A stretch of 64,000 nt of DNA. Origin: Planctomycetota bacterium. GTDB lineage: Bacteria; Planctomycetota; GCA-002687715; CAIWVZ01. The stretch is from contig JBGANV010000008.1 of assembly GCA_044222185.1 (NCBI GenBank), positions 32,001 to 96,000 of the forward strand, written 5' to 3'. Of the stretch, positions 1-8,726 are shown piece after piece. The stretch's first letter is position 1, and every line of letters begins with the position of its first letter. The notes below the pieces were generated by a model. The model had not been told where the DNA came from. It made no database searches and saw nothing but the letters and a program-made list of their open reading frames with translations. Position numbers and translations under genes: made by a program.

Positions 1-2
1 CG

Positions 3-1064
3 GTGCCGCAGGCTGGGCGGTCGCGCGAGAATGTCGCGAAGCTGCAGGAGTGCATCCAGATCGTCGGCGAAGGCCTCCGCCGTCGGATAGCGGCGCGAGG
101 GATCGCGATCCATCGCCGTCAGGATCACCGTCTCCAGCTCCCGCGGGATGTCGCCTCGGACGCGCCGCGGAGGCTCGGGATCGCCGGCGAGGATCCGTGC
201 GAAGAGCTGCTCGGGCGTGTCGCCCGAATATGGCGCACGACCGGTGACGATCTCGTAGAGAGTGACGCCCAGCGAGTAGACGTCGGCACGGCCGTCGATG
301 CGCGCGCCCTTGCTCGAGACCTGCTCGGGCGCGGCGTAGCGGGGCGTTCCGCGGAACCAGCCAGTGTCCGTCAGGGTTTCGGCGCCGGCGACCCAGGCCA
401 GGCCGAAGTCGACGAGCACGGCGCGGCCTTCGTAGGTGATCCGGATGTTCGACGGTTTCACGTCACGGTGGAGGATCCCGGCCTCGTGCGCGCACGCGAG
501 GGCGCGCGCGACGTCACGGCACCAGCCCACCGCCTGGATGATCGTCGGACGCGTCGCGTCATCGCTCGCAGGTACGTGAATCTCGTCGAGTCCGTCGCCC
601 GCGACGTACTCCATGGCGATCCAGGGGACGCCCCGTTCGGAGCCGCTGTCGATGACCGCGACGATTCCCGGGTGACGGAGCTGCGCCAGCACGCGCCCCT
701 CCCGCTCGAAGCGCGCCGCGGCCTCTCGGGACGACAGGAGGCCAGGTCGCAGGAGCTTCAGCGCCACGCTTCGATCGAGGCCGCTCTGGCGAGCGAGCCA
801 GACGACGCCAGCCCCGCCGCCACCGAGCCTTCGCAGCAGCCGGAATCCACCCACGTTGCGGAATGGCGGCTCGTCGGGATCCGGCTCTGCGGACCGCGTT
901 CCCCGCCGGAACGCCCGCCCCAGGGCGCGCAGCTCGTCACGCTGTTCCGGGGTGAGGCCGGCGGTCGCGGCGATGACTTCGTCGACGTCGTCGACCGTTC
1001 CGGCCAGCACCCGATCCAGGATCGAGTCGAACACGGCCTCGCCAGTGACGTCGTCCGCCGCCAT
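3..1064 (-). CDS. Hanks-type serine/threonine protein kinase (runs off the left edge of the window)
   Basis: Not in the ORF track because there is no stop in the window. Manual translation from ATG 1064 gives MAADDVTGEAVFDSILDRVL...RLGGGGAGVVWLARQSGLDRSVALKLL...RFEREGRVLAQLRHPGIV...AMEYV...HRDVKPSNI...VDFGLA: Gly-loop, VAxK, HRD and DFG motifs. Confidence 0.93.
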   Translation of the reverse strand, partial: MAADDVTGEAVFDSILDRVLAGTVDDVDEVIAATAGLTPEQRDELRALGRAFRRGTRSAEPDPDEPPFRNVGGFRLLRRLGGGGAGVVWLARQSGLDRSVALKLLRPGLLSSREAAARFEREGRVLAQLRHPGIVAVIDSGSERGVPWIAMEYVAGDGLDEIHVPASDDATRPTIIQAVGWCRDVARALACAHEAGILHRDVKPSNIRITYEGRAVLVDFGLAWVAGAETLTDTGWFRGTPRYAAPEQVSSKGARIDGRADVYSLGVTLYEIVTGRAPYSGDTPEQLFARILAGDPEPPRRVRGDIPRELETVILTAMDRDPSRRYPTAEAFADDLDALLQLRDILARPPSLRH

Positions 1065-1297
1065 GCGCCGGGGATCGTACACGTGGGGTACGGCGCGGTG
1101 GGACGGCGCGACCGGTCCTGCACCTGAGCGCGGGCCGGGGCAGCGGGCGATGCGCCTTGGGGTCGCGGCCGCCGCGGGCGCGGACTGGACGAGCCCAATC
1201 CGTTTTTTTCCCACCTGGCGTTCATCCGCGCGGACTCGTGCATTCCTCCCGCATGTCCAGGCAATTCCGCCTGGTGAAGCACTCACGGAGGACTCCC

Positions 1298-2647
1298 ATG
1301 CTCATCTCGAATCGGCTCGCGTGCGTCGCGGCCGTTCTTCTCGCGTGCACGCTGGCCAACGCCCAGTTCCAGGCAACCGGCCACGCGGCCACGACCCTCG
1401 CGATCCCCCCGACAGGAAGCGGCGGCAGCCCGGGCGGATGTTCGTTCGTCGTTCCTGGGCCGAACACGACGTCCTTCTCGGTCACCGTGAACGACACGTT
1501 CGTCGTCAACCGCGTGCGGGTCTCGATCGATCTGGTCCACTCCTACGTCGGCGACCTGAGGATCGCTCTCCACCACTACGCAACGGAAGTCGTCCTCTAC
1601 GACCGCACGCCCGGCTCGTCGAAGGACCTGAACGGCGTCTACACGTTCGATGACCAGGGCATCCTGTTCTTCGCGAATGCGTTGGCGGCGCCCGGCACCG
1701 TCGTCACCCCGAACACGTACATCCCGATCAATCCCCTCTCGCCATTCATCGGCACGAACTCGGGCGGACTCTGGACGCTCACGATCTGCGACAACGCGCC
1801 CGGTGACGTGGGGATCCTCCATGGTTTCGGGGTGGAGCTGTTCGGCGACGATCAGTTCGGAGGAACGGTGTCGCCCCCGTTGCAGATCCCGGACGGCACG
1901 ACGACGTGCGTCGCCCCCGTGACGCGGGCGATCAACGTCGTGAGCCCGGGCACGGTCGACACTCTCGACGTCGTTCTCGGTCTCACCCATCCCTTCCTCC
2001 GCGACCTCGACATCGCGGTGGCGCACGACGGAGTCGTCGTCCACCTGTCCAACGCTGGCACGATGTTCGGGGGCGCGGGCGGCAATTCCCTGTTCACGTT
2101 CTCCGACGACGCGGGGCAGACCTGGGATGGAGCCGCGGCCGTCGCGGGGTTCGGCACGATTCCCCAGGGCGCGTACCGCCCCGACGAACCGCTCGCGGCG
2201 TTCCGAGGCCACCCACTCGCCGGAGTCTGGCTCATCACCGTCTGCGATTCGCAGTTCTCCGACACGGGCTCGCTCACGCACGCGGGGCTCGTCGCCTCCC
2301 GATCCCCCTACGCCGTGGCGTTCGCGCAGAGCGGCCCCGGTCAAAGCGTCACCGTCATCAACTCCGGTGCGGCGCCCTACGATCACTACGTCAACCTCAT
2401 CACGCTCGTTCCGGGGACCTTCCCGAACGGCTGGCTCAACGGTCTCGACATCTCGTTCGCCGACGTCGTCACGCAAGTGAATCTCGGGCCGCCGTTCTTC
2501 GGCATCGTGGACATCAACGGCGTCGTCACGACCTCGATCCCGGGGCCGATCCCCAGCGGCATCGCCGTCCAGATCACGAGTTTCGAACTGAACGCGCAGA
2601 ACTCTCCGGTCGCGTCGGTCCGGGCATTCCAGTACGTCACCCAGTGA
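1298..2647 (+). CDS. Secreted protein with two proprotein-convertase P-like domains and a C-terminal module
   Basis: GGAGGA RBS before ATG 1298; signal peptide ending ANA-Q; two copies of the P-domain pattern (HSYVGDLRIAL...GLWTLTICDNAPGDVG; HPFLRDLDIAV...GVWLITVCDSQFSDTG); no subtilase catalytic domain. Confidence 0.85.
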   Translation: MLISNRLACVAAVLLACTLANAQFQATGHAATTLAIPPTGSGGSPGGCSFVVPGPNTTSFSVTVNDTFVVNRVRVSIDLVHSYVGDLRIALHHYATEVVLYDRTPGSSKDLNGVYTFDDQGILFFANALAAPGTVVTPNTYIPINPLSPFIGTNSGGLWTLTICDNAPGDVGILHGFGVELFGDDQFGGTVSPPLQIPDGTTTCVAPVTRAINVVSPGTVDTLDVVLGLTHPFLRDLDIAVAHDGVVVHLSNAGTMFGGAGGNSLFTFSDDAGQTWDGAAAVAGFGTIPQGAYRPDEPLAAFRGHPLAGVWLITVCDSQFSDTGSLTHAGLVASRSPYAVAFAQSGPGQSVTVINSGAAPYDHYVNLITLVPGTFPNGWLNGLDISFADVVTQVNLGPPFFGIVDINGVVTTSIPGPIPSGIAVQITSFELNAQNSPVASVRAFQYVTQ

Positions 2648-2694
2648 ATTCAGGCATCCGCTCACACACCAACCAAGAGAAAGGCTCACGCACC

Positions 2695-4047
2695 ATGAAA
2701 CCCTCCATCTTTGCCGCCGTGACGATCGCCCTCGGCGTCGCGCTGTCGAGCGCCCCGGCACAGTTCGTCTCGCCGTATACGAACTCGACGACCCAACCGA
2801 TTCCCACATCGGGAACGGGCGGCGCACCCGGCGGTGCGTTGAACCCCGCGAACCAGACGTCGTTGAGCGTCGTCGTTCCGCGTGCGACGACGGTCGCCGA
2901 GGTCCGCCTCGACCTCGACATCACTCACACGGCGGTGGGCAACCTCCGCCTGGAACTCGAGCACTGCGGCACGATCGTTCCCCTGTACGCCCGGTCACCG
3001 AACACGACGGGCAACCTGAACGGCGTCTATCGGTTCCAGGACAACGCACCGACGACGTTCGCGTCGGCCGTCACTGCGGCGGGGAACGGAGGCGTCGTCG
3101 TCCCGAACGCCTACGCTCCGGCGTCGCCTCTCGCGGCTTTCAGCGGGATGAACGCGGCCGGCACCTGGACGGTGACCGTCTTCGACCTCGCCGCCGGCGA
3201 CTCGGGCGTGCTCGCGGGCATGACTCTGACGCTGATCGAGGGGGCGCTGTATCCGGCCGCCGGCGGTCCGAGCGTGAACATTCCCGACGGTCTCAACGGT
3301 GACTGCGTCGCGCCGGTGACGAAGGCCATCGCGGTGCCGACGCACGGGACCATCGACGACGTCGTGGTCCGCGTGACGATGGCGCATACGTTCGTCTCCG
3401 ATCTCGACATCACGATCCAGCACGGAAGCACCACCGTCTTCCTGTCGCAGTGGTCTGCGCCGACTTCGGGCGCGAACGTCTTCGGCGCCTATGCCTTCTG
3501 GGACGGTGCTTCGACGGCCTGGACTGCCATCGAAACCGCGACGCCGACCTCCGCCTTCATCCCGAGCGGCACGTATCGGCCGAACCAGCCTCTGTCGGCG
3601 TTCAAGGGCGCCGATCAGTTCGGGCCCTGGTATCTGACGGTCTGTGACCGCGGAACCAACGACGTCGGCGCACTGGACGTGGTGTCGGTCGAGATCGGAC
3701 ACAGTCAGTACGCGCTCACGATGACGCAGCCGAACGGCGCCGCGTCGGTCACCCTCGTCAACTCCGGCGGAGTCCCGGGCGATACGTTCATCAACCTCTT
3801 CACGCTCGCGCCGGGCAGCTACCCGTTCGGGTGGCTCGACGGCCTCGACATCACGATCAGCGACCTCGTCGCACAGGTTCAGTTCGGGTCACCCTTCACG
3901 GGAACGCTGGATCCCTGTGGGAGCGCGTCGGTGACGGTGGGCGGGCCCATTCCTTCGGGTCTGACGGTTTGGGGTGTGAGTTACGACATCGACGCGACCG
4001 GATCGCCTCGGATGATCAAGCGGGCGTTCACTTACACGACACAGTGA
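2695..4047 (+). CDS. Paralogous secreted double P-domain protein
   Basis: ATG 2695, signal peptide ending APA-Q; HTAVGNLRLEL...GTWTVTVFDLAAGDSG and HTFVSDLDITI...GPWYLTVCDRGTNDVG; C-terminal module colinear with that of 1298-2647. Confidence 0.85.
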   Translation: MKPSIFAAVTIALGVALSSAPAQFVSPYTNSTTQPIPTSGTGGAPGGALNPANQTSLSVVVPRATTVAEVRLDLDITHTAVGNLRLELEHCGTIVPLYARSPNTTGNLNGVYRFQDNAPTTFASAVTAAGNGGVVVPNAYAPASPLAAFSGMNAAGTWTVTVFDLAAGDSGVLAGMTLTLIEGALYPAAGGPSVNIPDGLNGDCVAPVTKAIAVPTHGTIDDVVVRVTMAHTFVSDLDITIQHGSTTVFLSQWSAPTSGANVFGAYAFWDGASTAWTAIETATPTSAFIPSGTYRPNQPLSAFKGADQFGPWYLTVCDRGTNDVGALDVVSVEIGHSQYALTMTQPNGAASVTLVNSGGVPGDTFINLFTLAPGSYPFGWLDGLDITISDLVAQVQFGSPFTGTLDPCGSASVTVGGPIPSGLTVWGVSYDIDATGSPRMIKRAFTYTTQ

Positions 4048-4283
4048 CCGCGCGGGACGAGCGCGCCCCCAGTGGGCCGTGGGCGGGGCGGCGACGGCAA
4101 CCAAACGAGACTGAGTCTCATCATTTGCCGCCACCCCAACCGCGCCAGACAGATCGCGCGTGCCAGCAAAAATGTGCGCGAGATCCGCGACCAGCCGTCC
4201 ATTTCGGTGTAGATGTAGCGCGGTCGATGGCCTCGGCGACGAGGCCTTCGCCGTTTTCCGTTCACAGAGTTGGAGGCAGAACA

Positions 4284-6206
4284 ATGCGGCTAACCACCGT
4301 CCGGTCACTCGTTGCAGCGACGTTACTCCTCGCTTCGACTGCGTTTGCGCAGTTGAACGGCACCTACACGATCGACAGCTCGCTCGCCCCCGGCGGCGGC
4401 AACTACGTCACGTTCGCCGCGGCGGTAACCGACGTGACCACGCTCGGCGTCTCCGGCCCCGTCCAGTTCATCGTCTACAACGGGACCGGTCCCTACGTGG
4501 GCTTCGCGATCGCTGGCGCCATCACGGGCTCGTCCACGGCGAACACGGTCACGTTCGCCGCCGCGCCGGGTCACACTCCCGTCGTCAGCGGACCGTTCGG
4601 GACGAACGTGCAGACGATCAAGCTCGGCACCGCCGGCACGGTGAACAGCGGCCCACAGCACGTGCGGCTCACGGGCCTCACGGTCCAGGGCGCAGCCTCG
4701 GGCGCGGCGATCATCTGTGCCGGTTGCTCGGACATCGTGATCAGCTCCTGCATCACCCAGAACTGCGGCACGGGCATCAACTTCTACTTCACGCAGAACT
4801 CGACGATCCAGGACTGCGAGGTGATCAACTGCGGCATGACGGCAGGGTCGCCGGGCATCGCCACCTACCTCGGAGGCATCGGCCTCGCCGACAGCTCGAG
4901 CCTGAACGTCGTGCAGCGGAACAAGATCCACGACTGCATCGGCAACGGGTTCTTCATGGGCGGCGGTGGGAGCAACACGGCCCAGGTTTGGAACAACGTC
5001 GTCATCAACAACATGATCTGGAACTGCCCGGGCAGCGGCACCTACCCGGGTGGACTCTGCCTGCGCCGCGTGACGGGTTCGACCGTGTCGAACAACAGCA
5101 TCCTCATGCCTGCGGCGAGCGCGAACCCCGGCCTTCACATCATGGCGGCGGTGCTCGCGGTCACTCCCCCGGTCGGGGCGGCCGCCGAAGTGTCGAACAA
5201 CATGGTGAAGCACCTGGGCTCCGGCGGTTGCGTCGCGTTCGACGTGACCTCGGCCGTCGTCCCGACCATCTTCGACTACAACCTCTATGAGGCCGCAGGC
5301 GTGGGGCCTGTCGGCAAGGTCGGGACGACGAGCTACGCGACGCTGGCAGCGTGGCAGGCGCTCGCCGCGCCGAGCCTCGCGGGCAAGGAGCTCAACTCGA
5401 TCGCCGGCACGACGGGCTACCTGTCGGGCACGGACCTTCACATCACTCCGGCGTCCGGCGGATTCCTGAACGGGTCGCCGGTGGCCTTGGTGACGGACGA
5501 CATCGACCTCCAGGGTCGCCCCGGAACTCCGTGCCGCGGCGCGGACGAAACGACCGGCATCGGGCTCTTCTGCAGCTTCCAGGCCTCGCCCGTCACGGGT
5601 CCGGCCGCGCTGATCGTCAACTTCACCGACACGACGTTCACCAGCGATCCAGGCGGGGTCACGAGCTGGTCGTGGGACTTCGAGAACGACGGCATCGTCG
5701 ACTCGACGGCCCAGCATCCCTCGCACGTGTATCTCGTCCCGGGCCTCTACTCGGTGCGCCTCACCGTGACCGACGCGGCGAATCCGTCGTCGACGCTGGT
5801 GCGGCCCAACATGATCAACGTCGGCACCTACGACCTGGTCGTCCAGACCTCCGGAGGCGGAGTCGGCAACCTGTCGATCTACCCGATCCCGCCGCAGTTC
5901 CAGAACCCCACGGCGGCCACTGGCTACCTGCTCATCTCGTTCGCGACGACGTCGCCGGTCAACACGGGGCCGCTCCTCCACCTCGTCCCGGACGCCACCA
6001 CCTGGAGCATCCTTGCGTCGCCCGCGTCGACAGGGGACATCCTCCACTGGAACGTCACCCCGGGCCTGTTCCCGACGGTGCCGCTGATCATTCCGGCCGG
6101 AAGCTTGAGCTTCCTGGCCGGCGTGAGCGCTGACTTCGTCCAGTTGGATCTTTCGCCGAGCATGGGTTTCCTGTCGCTCTCGACCGCGCGCCGCGTGACC
6201 TTCTGA
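4284..6206 (+). CDS. Secreted right-handed beta-helix + PKD domain protein
   Basis: GGAGG RBS; signal peptide ending AFA-Q; Asn/Cys-ladder repeats (QDCEVINC, RNKIHDC, NNMIWNC); PKD motif VNFTDT...SWSWDFENDGIVDST...PSHVY..PGLYSVRLTVTD. Confidence 0.85.
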   Translation: MRLTTVRSLVAATLLLASTAFAQLNGTYTIDSSLAPGGGNYVTFAAAVTDVTTLGVSGPVQFIVYNGTGPYVGFAIAGAITGSSTANTVTFAAAPGHTPVVSGPFGTNVQTIKLGTAGTVNSGPQHVRLTGLTVQGAASGAAIICAGCSDIVISSCITQNCGTGINFYFTQNSTIQDCEVINCGMTAGSPGIATYLGGIGLADSSSLNVVQRNKIHDCIGNGFFMGGGGSNTAQVWNNVVINNMIWNCPGSGTYPGGLCLRRVTGSTVSNNSILMPAASANPGLHIMAAVLAVTPPVGAAAEVSNNMVKHLGSGGCVAFDVTSAVVPTIFDYNLYEAAGVGPVGKVGTTSYATLAAWQALAAPSLAGKELNSIAGTTGYLSGTDLHITPASGGFLNGSPVALVTDDIDLQGRPGTPCRGADETTGIGLFCSFQASPVTGPAALIVNFTDTTFTSDPGGVTSWSWDFENDGIVDSTAQHPSHVYLVPGLYSVRLTVTDAANPSSTLVRPNMINVGTYDLVVQTSGGGVGNLSIYPIPPQFQNPTAATGYLLISFATTSPVNTGPLLHLVPDATTWSILASPASTGDILHWNVTPGLFPTVPLIIPAGSLSFLAGVSADFVQLDLSPSMGFLSLSTARRVTF

Positions 6207-6577
6207 GAGCGAGACCTTTCCTGGGAGGGACGCCGCGCCTGAAACTCGTGGCGACCTCCCCCCCGCCGGGCGGCAATCCATGTCGCCCGGCCCCGCGCCT
6301 CGGACCCGAGGCCGTCGCCGCAAGCCGGAGCCACCGCCCGCGCTGAACGTGCGCCGGGCCGCGCAAAGCCGCGGGGCTCGACCGGAATTTCCGCGGCATC
6401 GACTGCCGCTGCTGCCCCCGGGCACGGAGGGGGAAGTTCCGCACTGCGGCCTTCAAGAAAAGCGGGAGCCCCACTTACACAACCGGGGTCCGAAGGTGTA
6501 CATAAGGGCAGTACGCGTCCCGATCGGCGGGCGCGAATTTGCCGTTCCCCCCTCCAGCCTGAATCGGAAGTCCAGAC

Positions 6578-8509
6578 ATGCGGTCCCGATCTGTCCTCCC
6601 CCTCCTCTCATCGTTCGTCTTGACGTGTGCCATCGCAGCCGCACAGCTGAATGGCACCTACACCATCGACAGCTCGCTCCCTGCGGGAAGCGGGAACTAC
6701 ACCACGTTCGCCGCTGCTGTCACCGACCTCACCACGCTTGGTGTTTCCGGCGCGGTGACGTTCGTCGTCTACCCCGGTGTCGGTGCGTACACGGGATTCG
6801 CGCTTGCCACGCCGGTGACCGGCGCCTCGGCCGCGAACACCATCACGTTCGTCGCGGCTCCGAGCACAACGCCGCTCGTGAGCGGGCTCGCCTCGGGCGT
6901 CGTTCAGACGATCCGGCTCGGTGGCACCGCCAGCACGGCGAACCTCGGTCCGTCGTTCGTGACGCTCCAGGGTCTCACGGTGACGGCCGCAGCAGCGGGA
7001 GCAGGCATCATCGTGGTTGGCGCCAACAGCTGCCAGGTCCTGAACTGCACCGTCTACGGCACGGTCACGCCGGCCCTCGCCTCGGGCAGCGGCATCCAGA
7101 TCGTGAACTCCAACAACTGCCGCATCGCTGACTGCGAGGTCTACAACACCGGCGCGACGCCGGGAACCCCGGGCAGCAACGCCTACTCCGGCGGCGTCGG
7201 CATCTATCTCGGACCGTGCACCGGGAACGTCCTCGAGCGCAATCGCGTCCACGACGTCTATGGCCAAGGCGTGTTCGTCGGAACGAGCGGCAGCACGACC
7301 ATGCCGTCCAATGTCACCGTCGTCAACAACATGGTTTGGAACTGCCCGGGCACCGGGACCTACGTCGGCGGCATCGCGCTCCGTCGCACCCCCGGCCTGA
7401 TCTGCGCCAACAACTCGGTGCTCATGCCGGCCGGAACGATCCAGCCCGGCATCCACCAGATGACGGCCGACGGCATTCCGGCCGTCATGGCGAACAACGT
7501 CGTGCGCCACGACGGATCCGGCGCCTGCTTCCGCCTGGAGTCGACGACGGCCGGCGTCCCGACCCTCTTCGACTACAACGCCTATGAGCCGGGCCCGACA
7601 GCCTTCGTCGGCCAGGTGAGCACGACCACGAACTATGCGACGCTCGCCGCGTGGCAGGGCGTCGCGTCGCCGAGCATGGCTGGCAAGGAACTCAACACCC
7701 TGACCGGCTCGGTCGCGTTCCTCACCGGAACCGATCTGCACATCACCGCAGCCTCCATCGGATTCAACAACGGAACGCCGGTCGCGGCCGTGACCGTCGA
7801 CATCGACGGACAGCTGCGCAACGCCGGAACTCCGTGCCGCGGCGCGGACGAGACGACGGGCGTGGGTCTGTTCCCGAGCTTCACCGCATCTCCGACGACT
7901 GGCGCCGCTGCGTTGAACGTGAACTTCACGGATACGACGTTCACGAGCGATCCAGGCGGGGTCACGAGCTGGGCCTGGGACTTCGAGAACGACGGCATCG
8001 TGGATTCGACCGTGCAGAACCCGTCGCACACGTACCTCGTGCCCGGCACGTACTCGGTTCGCCTGGCCGTGACGGATGCGTCCAATCCGGCGAACTTCCT
8101 GCTGCGCTCGAACCTGATCACCGTGAACCCGTACGACCTCGTCGTCACGACGACGGGCGGCGGCGTCGGTGACCTGACGATCTCCCCGATCCCGCCCCAG
8201 TACCAGAACCCGACGGCCGCCACGGGCTTCCTGCTGATCTCGTTCGCCACGACGCAAGCGGTGAACACGGGTCCGTTCCTCCACCTCATCCCGGACGCGA
8301 CCACGTTCAGCATCCTGACGACGCCGGCCAGCGTCGGAGACATCCTCCACTGGGTCGTGACGCCGGGCCTGTTCCCGACCGTCCCGCTCAGCTTCCCCGC
8401 GGGAAGTCTGACGGTGCTGACGGGTGTGAGCGTGGACTTCGTCCAGGTCGACCTGTCGCCGACGCAGTCGCTGCTCTCGCTCTCGAGCGCGCGCCGCGTC
8501 ACGTTCTGA
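6578..8509 (+). CDS. Paralogous secreted beta-helix + PKD domain protein
   Basis: Same architecture as 4284-6206; shared QLNGTYTIDSSL start of the mature protein, PKD motif and ARRVTF C-terminus. Confidence 0.87.
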   Translation: MRSRSVLPLLSSFVLTCAIAAAQLNGTYTIDSSLPAGSGNYTTFAAAVTDLTTLGVSGAVTFVVYPGVGAYTGFALATPVTGASAANTITFVAAPSTTPLVSGLASGVVQTIRLGGTASTANLGPSFVTLQGLTVTAAAAGAGIIVVGANSCQVLNCTVYGTVTPALASGSGIQIVNSNNCRIADCEVYNTGATPGTPGSNAYSGGVGIYLGPCTGNVLERNRVHDVYGQGVFVGTSGSTTMPSNVTVVNNMVWNCPGTGTYVGGIALRRTPGLICANNSVLMPAGTIQPGIHQMTADGIPAVMANNVVRHDGSGACFRLESTTAGVPTLFDYNAYEPGPTAFVGQVSTTTNYATLAAWQGVASPSMAGKELNTLTGSVAFLTGTDLHITAASIGFNNGTPVAAVTVDIDGQLRNAGTPCRGADETTGVGLFPSFTASPTTGAAALNVNFTDTTFTSDPGGVTSWAWDFENDGIVDSTVQNPSHTYLVPGTYSVRLAVTDASNPANFLLRSNLITVNPYDLVVTTTGGGVGDLTISPIPPQYQNPTAATGFLLISFATTQAVNTGPFLHLIPDATTFSILTTPASVGDILHWVVTPGLFPTVPLSFPAGSLTVLTGVSVDFVQVDLSPTQSLLSLSSARRVTF

Positions 8510-8726
8510 TGCGACAGCCACACTGCGCCGCGCGGTGAAGCCGCGCGGACAGCCGTGAATCGAAGCCGATGCCTGTCAAAGGGCGTCGGCTTCGTTCGTT
8601 TCGGGGCCCGTTCGCGGATGCTTGCGCCGAAATCGCGTTTGCGAGTACGCTTCCCGGCTACGCCGCCGGTCCGAGTCGATGCCTCCCCCGATCCGGAGGA
8701 GTCGAAGAAAAAGGAGTCAGACAGAG

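Noticed and set aside
3-1127. 374-aa plus-strand ORF
   Set aside because: Antisense shadow of the minus-strand Ser/Thr kinase, whose catalytic motifs are intact.
6340-6420. c-di-GMP-I riboswitch-like words (GCGCAAAGCCGCGGGGCT)
   Set aside because: The upstream GGCAAAC stem and GAAA tetraloop are not visible. An Rfam scan would settle it.
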